The position numbers and the translations under genes were made by a program. Below the pieces are notes generated by a model. That model searched no databases. It was not told where the DNA came from and saw only the letters and a program-made list of their open reading frames with translations. Positions 40,216 to 49,820 of a stretch of DNA of 64,000 nucleotides are shown here, in pieces (the first letter of the stretch is position 1; the number at the start of each line of letters is the position of its first letter). This DNA comes from an uncultured bacterium (GTDB lineage: Bacteria > Acidobacteriota > Aminicenantia > Aminicenantales > Aminicenantaceae): the NCBI GenBank assembly GCA_965533275.1, contig CBESWG010000006.1:5634-69633 (forward strand). Direction: 5' to 3'.

Positions 40216-41108
40216 GGCCTTGCCTGCCTCAGCATCTCACATATCTGCATTGCGGCCCTGATCCCGTCTCCAACACAGATCCCGGCCTGGCGGTAGAGGT
40301 GGTTCTCGACGTCTCCAATCAGAAACAGGCGGCCATCCCGGCGCACCTCGTCTCTGGCCTTCTCAAGACCGGGCCCCAGGAAACCCAGCGCTGGCTCCCG
40401 GCCCACAGCCGCCAAGAGATAGTCTGCCTCCAGCATCCTCCCCTGCGGTTCTTCCTCTCCCGCTAGGTTGAGGAGAAGGCCTTCCCCGGCCGCGTCCACG
40501 GCCAGGAGCTGCGTGCCCTTCAACACGTCCAGGCCGTCGACCGCCTCTGCTCTCTCCGCGAGGAGTGGAAGGCAGCAGGGACCGGAATCTCTGCAGATGA
40601 TCGTCACCCTGTTGTGCTCCGCGAGCTGCAGGCCGTAGTCGAAGGCCGCATCCCCGGCGCCTACGATCCCCAGGTGCCGGCCGCGGATATCGCGGAGGGG
40701 GAATACCTCATAGAAGATCCGGTCTTCCGCGCCTTCCCGGATGATGGCAGCCGGAAGCCTGAGGGCGACCGTACCTGATGCGATCATGAGGAACCGGCAT
40801 GTGATCTCTCCACTGCCTGCAGCGAGACGGAAGGCCTCATCCTTGTACTCCACCAACCTCACGCAGTCACGAACGACCGGGATCTCCCAGCGTTCGAGCT
40901 GCTGCCTGAATCTCTGGACCAGGTCCGTGCCAGAGATACCCTTCGGAAATCCCGGATAGTTTTCCACGAGGTGAGCGTTGAGCAGGAGCCCCCCGATTTC
41001 CGCTTGCTCGAAGAGGGCAAATTCTACACCGGATCTTCTCAACTGGATAGCCGCAGCGATCCCCGAAGGGCCGGCGCCGACAATGGCGGCATCCAAACGA
41101 TCATCCAT
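40212..41108 (-). CDS. FAD/NAD(P)-binding oxidoreductase (thioredoxin-reductase-like fold, no CxxC redox centre)
   Basis: GAGPSG is the FAD GxGxxG motif. GIVGAGDAAFD is the NAD(P) motif. The preferred start is MDDRLDAAIVGAG at 41108, overlapping the isochorismatase stop. Confidence 0.75.
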   Translation of the reverse strand: MDDRLDAAIVGAGPSGIAAAIQLRRSGVEFALFEQAEIGGLLLNAHLVENYPGFPKGISGTDLVQRFRQQLERWEIPVVRDCVRLVEYKDEAFRLAAGSGEITCRFLMIASGTVALRLPAAIIREGAEDRIFYEVFPLRDIRGRHLGIVGAGDAAFDYGLQLAEHNRVTIICRDSGPCCLPLLAERAEAVDGLDVLKGTQLLAVDAAGEGLLLNLAGEEEPQGRMLEADYLLAAVGREPALGFLGPGLEKARDEVRRDGRLFLIGDVENHLYRQAGICVGDGIRAAMQICEMLRQARP

Positions 41109-41763
41109 CCGCAGACTCCACGATCTTCCGGATGTCGCCCACCAGTACCGGCACCGCGAAACCATGGCAGAGATTCAGGAGCGTAGCCCTGTGAAAGTCC
41201 TCCTGATAGGTGGCCGTCCCGTCCACGGCAAAAAAGACCTTAAAACCCCGCACAAAGGCCGAGCGGGCCGTGGTCTCGCAGCAGAGGTGGGTCAGGACAC
41301 CCCCGATCACGACCTGAGTGACACCCAGGTCCTTCAGGAGTTCATCCAGGCCGGTCTGATGGAAGGCGTCGTACTGGGATTTTTCGATCCAGATGGCCTG
41401 GGGGTCATCCAGCTCCGGGACGACCTCACTGGCGGGATCGTCCTCCCGGATCAGATCCGCCCACCACTCGGCCATAGCGCCGGCGTTTTCCTGCGTGTTG
41501 AGGTGCCTGGTCAGGACCACGGGCCGGTTCGCATCGTGGAACGCATCGACAAGCCCCCGGATCCCCGGGAGGATCGCGGCGGCGCTGGGCACAAAGGCAT
41601 GCGAGCTCGGATCCAGGAAATATTTCTGCATATCCAAGACGATCAGGGCCGCCCGGTCCGGCTCGAATCCGGAGCGCTCCAGGCTGCGCTTAACCGGAAG
41701 GATCTCGATCAGCTCCCTGGATTTCGCGGAGAGCGATGCCGGAAGGAAATAGGAGGCTTTCAT
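41101..41763 (-). CDS. Isochorismatase-family cysteine hydrolase
   Basis: ALIVLDMQKYF and the VVIGGVLTHLCCETTARSA catalytic Cys region. Confidence 0.85.
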   Translation of the reverse strand: MKASYFLPASLSAKSRELIEILPVKRSLERSGFEPDRAALIVLDMQKYFLDPSSHAFVPSAAAILPGIRGLVDAFHDANRPVVLTRHLNTQENAGAMAEWWADLIREDDPASEVVPELDDPQAIWIEKSQYDAFHQTGLDELLKDLGVTQVVIGGVLTHLCCETTARSAFVRGFKVFFAVDGTATYQEDFHRATLLNLCHGFAVPVLVGDIRKIVESADG

Positions 41764-41808
41764 AGGGCATAAAGATAAATCTCCTGCCCTATATAATCAA
41801 GTGATATT

Positions 41809-44352
41809 TTATTCGTGGCGTAGGCTCTCGACAGGATTAACACGGGCGGCTCTGGCGATCTTGAAACACACGGTCAGCAGGGCGAGAAATGCCACCGCAA
41901 TGCCCGAGACGGCGAACACCCACAGAGCGATACCGGTCCGGTAGGCATAGTTGCCGAGCGTGCGCTCCATCAGGTAATACGCAACAGGCCAGGCGATGAG
42001 GTTGGACACGGCCAGTAGGAGCAGGAAGTCCTTGGAGATCAGGACCATGACATTGGCGATGGAGGCCCCCAGGACCTTGCGGATGCCGATCTCCTTGGTG
42101 CGCTGTTCTGCAGTGAACGAGGCCATGCCGAAGAGCCCGAGGCAGGAGATGAAGATGGCCAGGAACGTGAAGGAGGAATAGATCGAGCCGCGCCTCTGGT
42201 CGCTGCGGTACTGGCCGTCGAATACATCATCCAGGAACTGGTACTCGAAGACGCTGTTAGGAACGAATTCGCCCGCCTTCTCCTCCAGGAATTCGAGGGT
42301 CCCGGAGATGCTGTCCGACCGGATCTTGACGAACACGTATTGGTGAGATCCGTGCCGCTGGGACAAGGTGAAGACGACCGGGCCGATCTCGGAATGGAGC
42401 GACTGCGAATGGAAATCCCGCACGATGCCGATGATCTGCCCTTCATCCTCCCACACCGAGAACTGCTTCCCAACCGGAGATTCCAACTCTGTGATCCTGG
42501 CTGCGGTCTCGTTCAGGACGTAGTTCTGCTGATCGGTGGCATACTCTTCCGAGAAACTCCGGCCCCGGACGATCTCCATGCCGAGTGTCTCGAAATAGTC
42601 GAAGTCCACGGAAGCATCCGTCATCGTGATGTACTGATCCGGGCCCCGGCCTTCCCAGTACACCGGATTCATGTGGGAGATATTGGTCGGAAACCTCCGC
42701 GCCGCCGTAGCATTGATAACGCCCGGATGTTGCTTGATCGCCTCCTTGAAAGACCTATAGTTCTGCCTCAGTTCGCTGCCCAGCGTAACGGCCACCACAT
42801 GCTCCCTGTCCAGCCCGAGGTCTCTGTTCCGTATGTATTCGAGCTGCCGGTAGATCAGGATCGTCCCGATGATCAGGACGATGGTGGCGGTGAACTGGCT
42901 GACGACCAGGATCTTCCTCAGGACATAACCCCTTGAGCTCGATCGGTACTCCCCTTTCAGCGTCCGGATCGGCCGGAATGTAGAGAGCAGGAAGGCCGGA
43001 TAGCTGCCGGACACCAGGCCAGTGAACAGGATGATCCCCGCCAGCACAAGGAGGAGGGTCAGATTGCCGGTGACATCCAATGTCAGCTGCTTATCGGCAA
43101 GACGATTGAAAGCCGGGAGGAGCAGCCGGATCAGACCCAACGCGAGCACCAGTGCTACTGCCGCAAACAGCAGCGACTCCCCGAGAAACTGCCGCACAAT
43201 GTGGCTCTTTTCCGCCCCCACCACCTTGCGCAGCCCGATCTCCTTAGCCCGCGTATTGGAGCGGGCCGTGGAGAGGTTGATGAAATTGATGCAGGCGATT
43301 ATCAATATGGCCAGCGCGATGATCAGGAAGATGTAGATGTATACGATCGGGTCCGTGCCCCTCAGGGCATACAGGTGGATCCGGGACAGTGGCCTCATGT
43401 GCAGCAGGACCTCCTGATCCGTCCTTTTGTCGTGTTCATTGACAAACCCGAAGATCCTACCGGCGAAATCCTGCCAGTCCGCGTTTTCCTGCAGGAGCAG
43501 ATAGGTCCTGGCCTCCCAGGACCAGCTCGTGAACTCTCTATCCCCCATGAGCTTGATGGGAGACAGGAAATCGAACTGCAGGTGGGAGTTGGCGGGAACA
43601 TCCTCGAGGATGCCGGTGACGACCAGCTCGGTCCGGCCGTTGATCAACATCGATTTGCCCATGGGATCTTCGCTGCCGAAAAACTTCGCGGCCATGCGCT
43701 CCGAGATCACGATGGATTCGCGGGCGGCAAAAACCGTGTTCGGGCTGCCCTCGAGGAGCGGGAATGTGAACATCTTCAGGAAATCCTCGTCCACCAGCCC
43801 CCCGCTCTCGTTGAAGAGCCTGTCTCCGTATTTAGCCAGCCAGGTCCTATCCGTGAAGCGTGCGATGCTGACGATCTCGGGATAATTCTCTCTCAGGGTG
43901 GGGGCCAATGCCAGCGGGTTGGAGTTATATCTGGTTCCTTCCAGCTCGGGGTTGGTGGTGTAGAGATTGTCGAAATTCTCATGGAACCGATCGTAGCTGA
44001 GTTCGTCCTGTACCCAGAGCAGGATGAGGATGCAGCACGCCATCCCCACCGCCAGCCCCATGATGTTGATGAACGAATAGAGCTTGTGGTTCCGGATGTT
44101 CCTCCAGGTGATCTTGAGGTAATTCTTAAGCATGGCAGCTCCTATTAAGAACGAAAGCTTTGTGTAGGCCCCGAGCGCATGCAGGACCTGTGACCAGTAC
44201 CACAGCAGCGCCCGGAGGCGTCCACCGGCCCGCACGCGTTCCACAAACTCCTCGCCGCAGTCGCCGGAAGCGGCGTGCTCCTCCTCGTAGCTCGTCAGGA
44301 AGAGAAGGAGCCTCCTGCCTATGCGGGGTGCACGCCCTACGGTCCGGGTCAT
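41809..44352 (-). CDS. MacB-like duplicated FtsX-domain ABC permease (ADOP-type orphan permease) with an N-terminal permease-prefix domain
   Basis: 847 aa. It has two MacB-PCD-like periplasmic domains, each followed by an FtsX 4-TM module. A prefix domain LRALLWYWSQVL is present. No cognate ATPase is adjacent. Confidence 0.85.
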   Translation of the reverse strand: MTRTVGRAPRIGRRLLLFLTSYEEEHAASGDCGEEFVERVRAGGRLRALLWYWSQVLHALGAYTKLSFLIGAAMLKNYLKITWRNIRNHKLYSFINIMGLAVGMACCILILLWVQDELSYDRFHENFDNLYTTNPELEGTRYNSNPLALAPTLRENYPEIVSIARFTDRTWLAKYGDRLFNESGGLVDEDFLKMFTFPLLEGSPNTVFAARESIVISERMAAKFFGSEDPMGKSMLINGRTELVVTGILEDVPANSHLQFDFLSPIKLMGDREFTSWSWEARTYLLLQENADWQDFAGRIFGFVNEHDKRTDQEVLLHMRPLSRIHLYALRGTDPIVYIYIFLIIALAILIIACINFINLSTARSNTRAKEIGLRKVVGAEKSHIVRQFLGESLLFAAVALVLALGLIRLLLPAFNRLADKQLTLDVTGNLTLLLVLAGIILFTGLVSGSYPAFLLSTFRPIRTLKGEYRSSSRGYVLRKILVVSQFTATIVLIIGTILIYRQLEYIRNRDLGLDREHVVAVTLGSELRQNYRSFKEAIKQHPGVINATAARRFPTNISHMNPVYWEGRGPDQYITMTDASVDFDYFETLGMEIVRGRSFSEEYATDQQNYVLNETAARITELESPVGKQFSVWEDEGQIIGIVRDFHSQSLHSEIGPVVFTLSQRHGSHQYVFVKIRSDSISGTLEFLEEKAGEFVPNSVFEYQFLDDVFDGQYRSDQRRGSIYSSFTFLAIFISCLGLFGMASFTAEQRTKEIGIRKVLGASIANVMVLISKDFLLLLAVSNLIAWPVAYYLMERTLGNYAYRTGIALWVFAVSGIAVAFLALLTVCFKIARAARVNPVESLRHE

Positions 44353-44357
44353 GGGCC

Positions 44358-44678
44358 TCAGTCGCTCAAGAATTCGGGGATGCTTTCCCAGATCGAATTC
44401 TGCAGGCTGTGGGAAGCCCGCAGGGCCTCCTCCCCATCAGCGGTCAGGGTGTAGTAGATGCGCGGCCGCCCTCCTCTGGCGGATGATGTATTCCCCTTGG
44501 TCTGGGTCACGCAGCCCTTGCGCAGCAGCTGGTCGAGGGCGTTGTAGAGTGTCCCATACATCAACCGCCTGCCGGTCATGGCTTCCGCCCTCTTGCGGAT
44601 GGTCACGCCGAAGGCGTCGTCCTTGAGGGCTACGATCGCGGCCAGGATGATCTGCTCCAATACGGTCAAGCCTTTCAT
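44358..44678 (-). CDS. PadR-family transcriptional regulator
   Basis: Winged-HTH LEQIILAAIVALKDDAFGVTIRKRAE...YGTLYNALDQLLRKG. The preferred start is the ATG at 44678, which is preceded by AAGGA. The ORF-track start is 44732. Confidence 0.8.
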   Translation of the reverse strand: MKGLTVLEQIILAAIVALKDDAFGVTIRKRAEAMTGRRLMYGTLYNALDQLLRKGCVTQTKGNTSSARGGRPRIYYTLTADGEEALRASHSLQNSIWESIPEFLSD

Positions 44679-44878
44679 TTCACGCGGTCCTTTAAGGGGT
44701 TTTTCGTAACATACACATAGAGTAATACGCAAAGCACGTAAAAAAGGTTGCTGATTACCTAGTGATCAATGCTACGGTTGAAAATCGACCGAAACAGCGA
44801 CCAGAAAAGGTTCACCCTGACAGCCCAATTCTCCAAACTTCGTGTATAATATCAAGTCAGCCATCACCGCGGCTGCGG

Positions 44879-47278
44879 ATGAAGCCCATGAGAGAAGGAA
44901 AGACATTGCAGAGGATCCTCGCAGCATTCACGCTCCTGGTCTGGCTGACGATCCCATTTTTGCTGGCACAGGAGAGCGAAGAACCCTACCGTCTGCGGAT
45001 CGGGGCGGTGGATCTGGTCCCCCAGGACGGATTGGGCGCTCCACTGGCGCAGAGCAACAAAGTTCGAGTCATCCAGTTCTACCAGATCCCCGACTCTGCG
45101 CAGCGGCAGGCGTACAATACGCAGGGACTGGAACTGCTGCGCTACCTCGGCGGTAGCGCGTATCTGGCCAGGCTCGACAGCTCGAATCCCGGTCTCGGAA
45201 AGGCCCGGGGGATCCGTGCGGCCCTGGATTATGGGCCCGATATGAAGCGGTCGCGCCTCTTCGATGAGGTCGAATTTTACAGGGAGGCGCTGCAGTCCGG
45301 AAGACGAGTCGACGTCCAGGTTCGGTTTCATGGGGATGTGGCCCACGAGCGAGCCGCAGCCGCGCTGCACAGTGCTTGGGCCGGGTTCGAACCTGGCATT
45401 CCATTCGATCCCGCTTCGGCCCCAGCGACTGTAGACTGGCGCTCTCTCCGCTTGCTGCTCGAATCCGACGATGTCGACTGGGTGGATGTCGGGCTGCCCT
45501 CTCGTTCACTTGATAACCAGGACAGCGCCGCCCTCACCCATGCTGATGTGGTCCGGCAAAACCCAGTGTTCAAAAACATTTCCGGCAGGGGAGTCCGAGT
45601 CGGCATCTGGGACGGGGGACCGGTCGGGAGCCATGTGGACCTCGAAGGCAGGATCACGATCGTCGAGAGCGGAGACGTCTCCGATCACGCCACCCATGTC
45701 AGCGGCACCATCGGCGGGAAGGGGCTGCTCGATCCCCGCGGAGCGGGCATGGCGCCCCAGAGCCTGATCTTCAGCTATGACCTGTGGGGCAACATCCCCT
45801 CCGAGATGCGCAGGGCGTACTCCAACAACGGGGTACGCATCACCAACCATTCCTGGGGCTACAGCACGGGCTGGGACGGCCCTGAAGGTACGGGCTGGCA
45901 CTGGTATGGAGGGGTTCCCTTCGGATACTACCACGCCGAGACGGCGGCCCTGGATGACTTCATCCGGGGATTCGACCTTCCGGCGGTCAAGAGCGCGGGG
46001 AACAACCGTGACGGGAGTTTCCTGGGGCCCCACAGGCACGAGGGGGACACTACCGATTTCGAACACGACCTGCACCCGCCAAATCCCGATTTCGGCTGCC
46101 TCTCCATCCTTTCGGTGGCAAAGAACGCACTCGTAGTAGGGGCGGTGATGAAGGACAAGGTGATCACCGCGTTTTCCAGCACCGGCCCTACCGGCGACGG
46201 ACGTGTGAAACCGGATGTCGTGGCTCCCGGTTTCAAGATCCGCTCCACACTGCCCGGCGACAAGTACCGGGGATGGAGCGGCACCTCCATGTCTGCGCCG
46301 GCCGTCACAGGGATCTCAGCGCTGCTGATCGACTATTACGAACGCCTGACCAAGCAGGTCATGGGGGCCGCCCTGCTCAAGGCGCTGTTGATCCACTCCG
46401 CCGAGGACCTGGGGAATCCCGGCCCGGATTATGTTTACGGCCACGGCCTGGCAGACGCGGAGCTGGCTTCCCGGGTGCTGCGGGCCGCATCCGGCAGCCA
46501 GGCCAAATATGCGGACGACCTGGAGGCCGCAATTCGGGAAGACTCTGTGGACCACAAGGAAAAGCTGACCTATAGATTCACCGCCCCTGCCGGAGCTACG
46601 GAGCTGCGGGTGACGCTGGTGTGGAATGATCCGGGTGGAAACAAACTCGTCAACAACCTGGATCTGTGGATCCGGTCAAGCGGAGGGAAGAAGTTCAAGC
46701 CCTATACCCTCAAACCCCAGGATCCCAGCGCCCCGGCGGTCCGGAAGAGGAACAGGCGCGACAACGTGGAGCACATCCGGGTGGAATCCCCCTCTGCCGG
46801 CACATGGACGGTCCGCGTAAGCGGTGCGAAGGTCCCCCAGGGGCCGCAGGGATTCGTTCTGATCATGACCGCCGGCAGCGGCAACCGGCCGTTCAAGGCC
46901 ATGTCCGAGGGCGCTGTGAAGCTCTCATCGATCCACACGTATACTACGGATTCTGTCGGCAAGAAGAAAAAGACAGGGAGCTTCAGCAAAGGCGATGCGC
47001 TGCTGTTCAATTACTCGGGGCGGGTCCTCGACAATGCCCAGTACCAGGGATTTTTCGGGACCGTGTCCATCGATATCTATGTCTATGACGCCGCCGGGAA
47101 GCTGGTCCTGAAATTCAAGTCCGCCAGGCAGGACTTCCGCCCGGGTAATTTTTCCCTGTGGTCAGAGGAATACAAGATCCCTGACGGCATGCCCTCGGGA
47201 ACCTACAGAGTGGAGACGGCCATCACCATGCACAATGGGGCTGCCGACGGGGCCGTCTCCTTCTTCACCGTGCAGTAG
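44879..47278 (+). CDS. Secreted subtilisin-like serine peptidase (S8) with C-terminal beta-sandwich domains
   Basis: Catalytic Asp GIWDGG, His HATHVSGT and Ser GTSMSAPAVTG. A signal peptide follows the internal start MKPMREGKTLQRILAAFTLL. Confidence 0.85.
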   Translation: MKPMREGKTLQRILAAFTLLVWLTIPFLLAQESEEPYRLRIGAVDLVPQDGLGAPLAQSNKVRVIQFYQIPDSAQRQAYNTQGLELLRYLGGSAYLARLDSSNPGLGKARGIRAALDYGPDMKRSRLFDEVEFYREALQSGRRVDVQVRFHGDVAHERAAAALHSAWAGFEPGIPFDPASAPATVDWRSLRLLLESDDVDWVDVGLPSRSLDNQDSAALTHADVVRQNPVFKNISGRGVRVGIWDGGPVGSHVDLEGRITIVESGDVSDHATHVSGTIGGKGLLDPRGAGMAPQSLIFSYDLWGNIPSEMRRAYSNNGVRITNHSWGYSTGWDGPEGTGWHWYGGVPFGYYHAETAALDDFIRGFDLPAVKSAGNNRDGSFLGPHRHEGDTTDFEHDLHPPNPDFGCLSILSVAKNALVVGAVMKDKVITAFSSTGPTGDGRVKPDVVAPGFKIRSTLPGDKYRGWSGTSMSAPAVTGISALLIDYYERLTKQVMGAALLKALLIHSAEDLGNPGPDYVYGHGLADAELASRVLRAASGSQAKYADDLEAAIREDSVDHKEKLTYRFTAPAGATELRVTLVWNDPGGNKLVNNLDLWIRSSGGKKFKPYTLKPQDPSAPAVRKRNRRDNVEHIRVESPSAGTWTVRVSGAKVPQGPQGFVLIMTAGSGNRPFKAMSEGAVKLSSIHTYTTDSVGKKKKTGSFSKGDALLFNYSGRVLDNAQYQGFFGTVSIDIYVYDAAGKLVLKFKSARQDFRPGNFSLWSEEYKIPDGMPSGTYRVETAITMHNGAADGAVSFFTVQ

Positions 47279-47289
47279 CGCACCGGGCC

Positions 47290-49656
47290 CTATTCATACC
47301 GTATGGAATCCACCGGGTCGGAAACCGCCGCACGTATCGCCTGGAAGCTCACGGTCAGCAGGGCGATCAACAGAGCCGAGAGGGCCGCTCCCAAAAATAC
47401 CAGCGGATTGAGCGGCGGGTGGTATGCATAGTCCTGCAGCCAGCGGCTCATGAAATACCAGGCAGAGGGCCAGGCAACCAGGTTCGCTACGGTGACCAGG
47501 ATCACGAACTCCCGGGAAAGGAGAAGTACGATGCTGGAGGCCGTGGCGCCGAGAACCTTGCGGATGCCGATCTCTCGTGTGCGCCTTTCGGTCATGAACG
47601 AAGCCAACCCCAGGAGTCCCAGGCAGGCGATGACGATCGCCAGGGCGGTGAAAGCACCAAAGAGCGTCCCCATCCTTTGCTCGGCGCGGTAGAGCCGGTC
47701 GAATTCCTCGTCCAGGAAGGCCATATCCATAGGGAACTGGGGGGAAACCCTTTCCCAGGCCTGCCCCAAGCGCTGCAGCGCTTCCGTCCCCCCTCCGTCA
47801 CTCAAGCGGATCAGGAGATAGGAATAGGGCTCAACGGGGCGCAGCCGGATGAACAGGGGTTCGATACGCGTGTTGATGGACTTGAAGTGAAAGTCCTTGA
47901 CCATTCCGATCACGGTCCCTGCCTCGTCCCAGATGTTCAGGTTCTTCCCCACGGGGGATCCCTCCCCCAGGATCCGGGCCGCCGCCTCATTGAGGATGTA
48001 GGCCTGTTTCTCGTCCGTGGGAAACTCCCGTGAAAAGGCCCGCCCGTCTTTGATCTCCATATTCATGGTGGCAAAATAATCGTGTGTGACCGTGGTGTTA
48101 TGGAACAGGACCTCGTCATTGGGATCCTTGCCCGGCCAGGAGACATCGGAAGTGGAATTCAGGATATAGGTGGGCAGCTGGCCGGCTGAGGTCACTCCCA
48201 GGACGGAAGGATCGGTCAGGGCCTCCAGCTTGAATGCCTCATAGAATCCCGCGGTCTGGACTCCGAACTGCATGTACACCACATGCTCCCGGTCGAAGCC
48301 GAGCTCCTTGTCGCGGATGAAATCCAGCTGGCCTTTCACGACGACGCTGGCGATAATGAGGCCGATGGAGAGGGCGAACTGGATGACCACCAGCACACGG
48401 CGGAAGGTGCGCCCCCTGGGCCCGGAAGTGGTCGAGGACCGGAGCACACGGACTGGATCGAATCCGGAAAGAAAGAGCGCCGGGTAGATGCCGGCACCCA
48501 AGCCGGTCAGTACCGCCATGCCGATCAATCCCAGGAAGAAGGCCCAGCTGCCGCTGACCGACACCTCCATGGACTTGGCCGACAGGTTGTTGAACGCAGG
48601 GAGCAGCAGGGCCACCAGCCCCAAAGCCAGGACAAAGGAGATCAGGGCATAAAACACCGACTCACCCAGGAACTGCCAGAGAATATCTGCGCGGCGGGCT
48701 CCCGTGACCTTGCGCATCCCCACCTCGCGGGCACGGTTGCCCGACCGGGCCGTGGCCAGGTTCACGAAGTTGATGCATGCGATGATCAGGACAAAGAACG
48801 CCACCAGGGAGAAGATGAAGACATAGCGAATGTCCCCGTGGCCGGGCACATCGGCTACAAAGTCGGAGTGGAGATGGATGCGCCGCAGGGGCTGCAGGTG
48901 GAGGGTGGTGGTGGATTCCTCGTGGTGTTTGATGATGAAATCCCGGATCTTCTGGTCGGCCGCAACGGGGTCCGCCGCCTCGCTCAGCTCGACGTACGTG
49001 TAGTAGGAGTTGTTGCCCCATTGATCCAGCCGCTGGCCCCCGAACTCGAGGAGCTTGAAGGGCATCACAAAGTCGAACTGCAGGTGAGTATTTTTGGGGT
49101 TGTCCTCCATGATCCCGGCCACCACCAGGTCGAACATATTCTCCAGGCGGATGACCTTCCCCATCGGGTCTTCTTCGCCGAAATACTTCTCGGCGGTTGA
49201 CTCCGAGATCACGAGCGCGTTGAGCTGTTTGAACACCGTTTCCGGATCCCCCACGACCAGCCGGTAGCTGAACATGGTGAAGAACGAGGGATCGGCCATG
49301 CCCAGCCCGCTCTCATAGAACCTTTTTTCCCTATAGCGGACCAGGAAGCGCGGGGCATTCGTGAAGCGGCAGGTGTCGGCGATCTCGGGGATCTCGTCCT
49401 TGAGGGCCGGCCCCAGGGGTGCCGGCGTCACCGCCACCGGGAACAGCTCCCCTCCCCGGTAGGTCTGCTCCTCCACTGCCCGGAATAGTCGGTCTGCCTT
49501 GACATGGAAGTCGTCATAACTCATCTCGTCCCGGACCCACATCAGGATCAGGATGCAGCAGGCGATCCCGACCGCTAGGCCGGTGATGTTGATGAAGGAA
49601 TAGCCCCGGTACTTTCTGAGGTTGCGGAACGCGGTCTTGATGTAGCTGAAGAACAT
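47290..49656 (-). CDS. MacB-like duplicated FtsX-domain ABC permease (ADOP-type), without prefix domain or PadR partner
   Basis: 788 aa. The architecture matches 41809..44352 and 60343..62901, but it starts directly at the first TM helix (MFFSYIKTAFRNLRKYRGYSFINITGLAVG). Confidence 0.85.
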   Translation of the reverse strand: MFFSYIKTAFRNLRKYRGYSFINITGLAVGIACCILILMWVRDEMSYDDFHVKADRLFRAVEEQTYRGGELFPVAVTPAPLGPALKDEIPEIADTCRFTNAPRFLVRYREKRFYESGLGMADPSFFTMFSYRLVVGDPETVFKQLNALVISESTAEKYFGEEDPMGKVIRLENMFDLVVAGIMEDNPKNTHLQFDFVMPFKLLEFGGQRLDQWGNNSYYTYVELSEAADPVAADQKIRDFIIKHHEESTTTLHLQPLRRIHLHSDFVADVPGHGDIRYVFIFSLVAFFVLIIACINFVNLATARSGNRAREVGMRKVTGARRADILWQFLGESVFYALISFVLALGLVALLLPAFNNLSAKSMEVSVSGSWAFFLGLIGMAVLTGLGAGIYPALFLSGFDPVRVLRSSTTSGPRGRTFRRVLVVIQFALSIGLIIASVVVKGQLDFIRDKELGFDREHVVYMQFGVQTAGFYEAFKLEALTDPSVLGVTSAGQLPTYILNSTSDVSWPGKDPNDEVLFHNTTVTHDYFATMNMEIKDGRAFSREFPTDEKQAYILNEAAARILGEGSPVGKNLNIWDEAGTVIGMVKDFHFKSINTRIEPLFIRLRPVEPYSYLLIRLSDGGGTEALQRLGQAWERVSPQFPMDMAFLDEEFDRLYRAEQRMGTLFGAFTALAIVIACLGLLGLASFMTERRTREIGIRKVLGATASSIVLLLSREFVILVTVANLVAWPSAWYFMSRWLQDYAYHPPLNPLVFLGAALSALLIALLTVSFQAIRAAVSDPVDSIRYE

Positions 49657-49758
49657 TTTTCCCTCTCCCGATTCGAGAACTCAGGTGATAGGGTACCTCA
49701 TCCTTCACGGATTATCAAAACATCCCACAGAGGGGATATTCCTTCCTCTGGACAGACA

Positions 49759-49767
49759 GGGGGGGGG
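49759..49767. repeat. G9 homopolymer in the divergent intergenic region between the ADOP permease and the sulfatase-like gene
   Basis: gacagacagggggggggccatcgg, read directly. Confidence 0.9.
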
Positions 49768-49820
49768 CCATCGGCAACTGCTCGGTTCGAAATCGAGCTC
49801 TCGGGTGCTATAATAGAGGC

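Noticed and set aside
43201-44148. 315-aa plus-strand ORF. The same pattern occurs at 48283..49200 (305 aa), 53897..54709 (270 aa), 30452..31309 (285 aa) and 37972..38661 (229 aa).
   Set aside because: Each is antisense to a confidently assigned gene: an ADOP permease, the DUF438 protein, the amidohydrolase, or the SDR.
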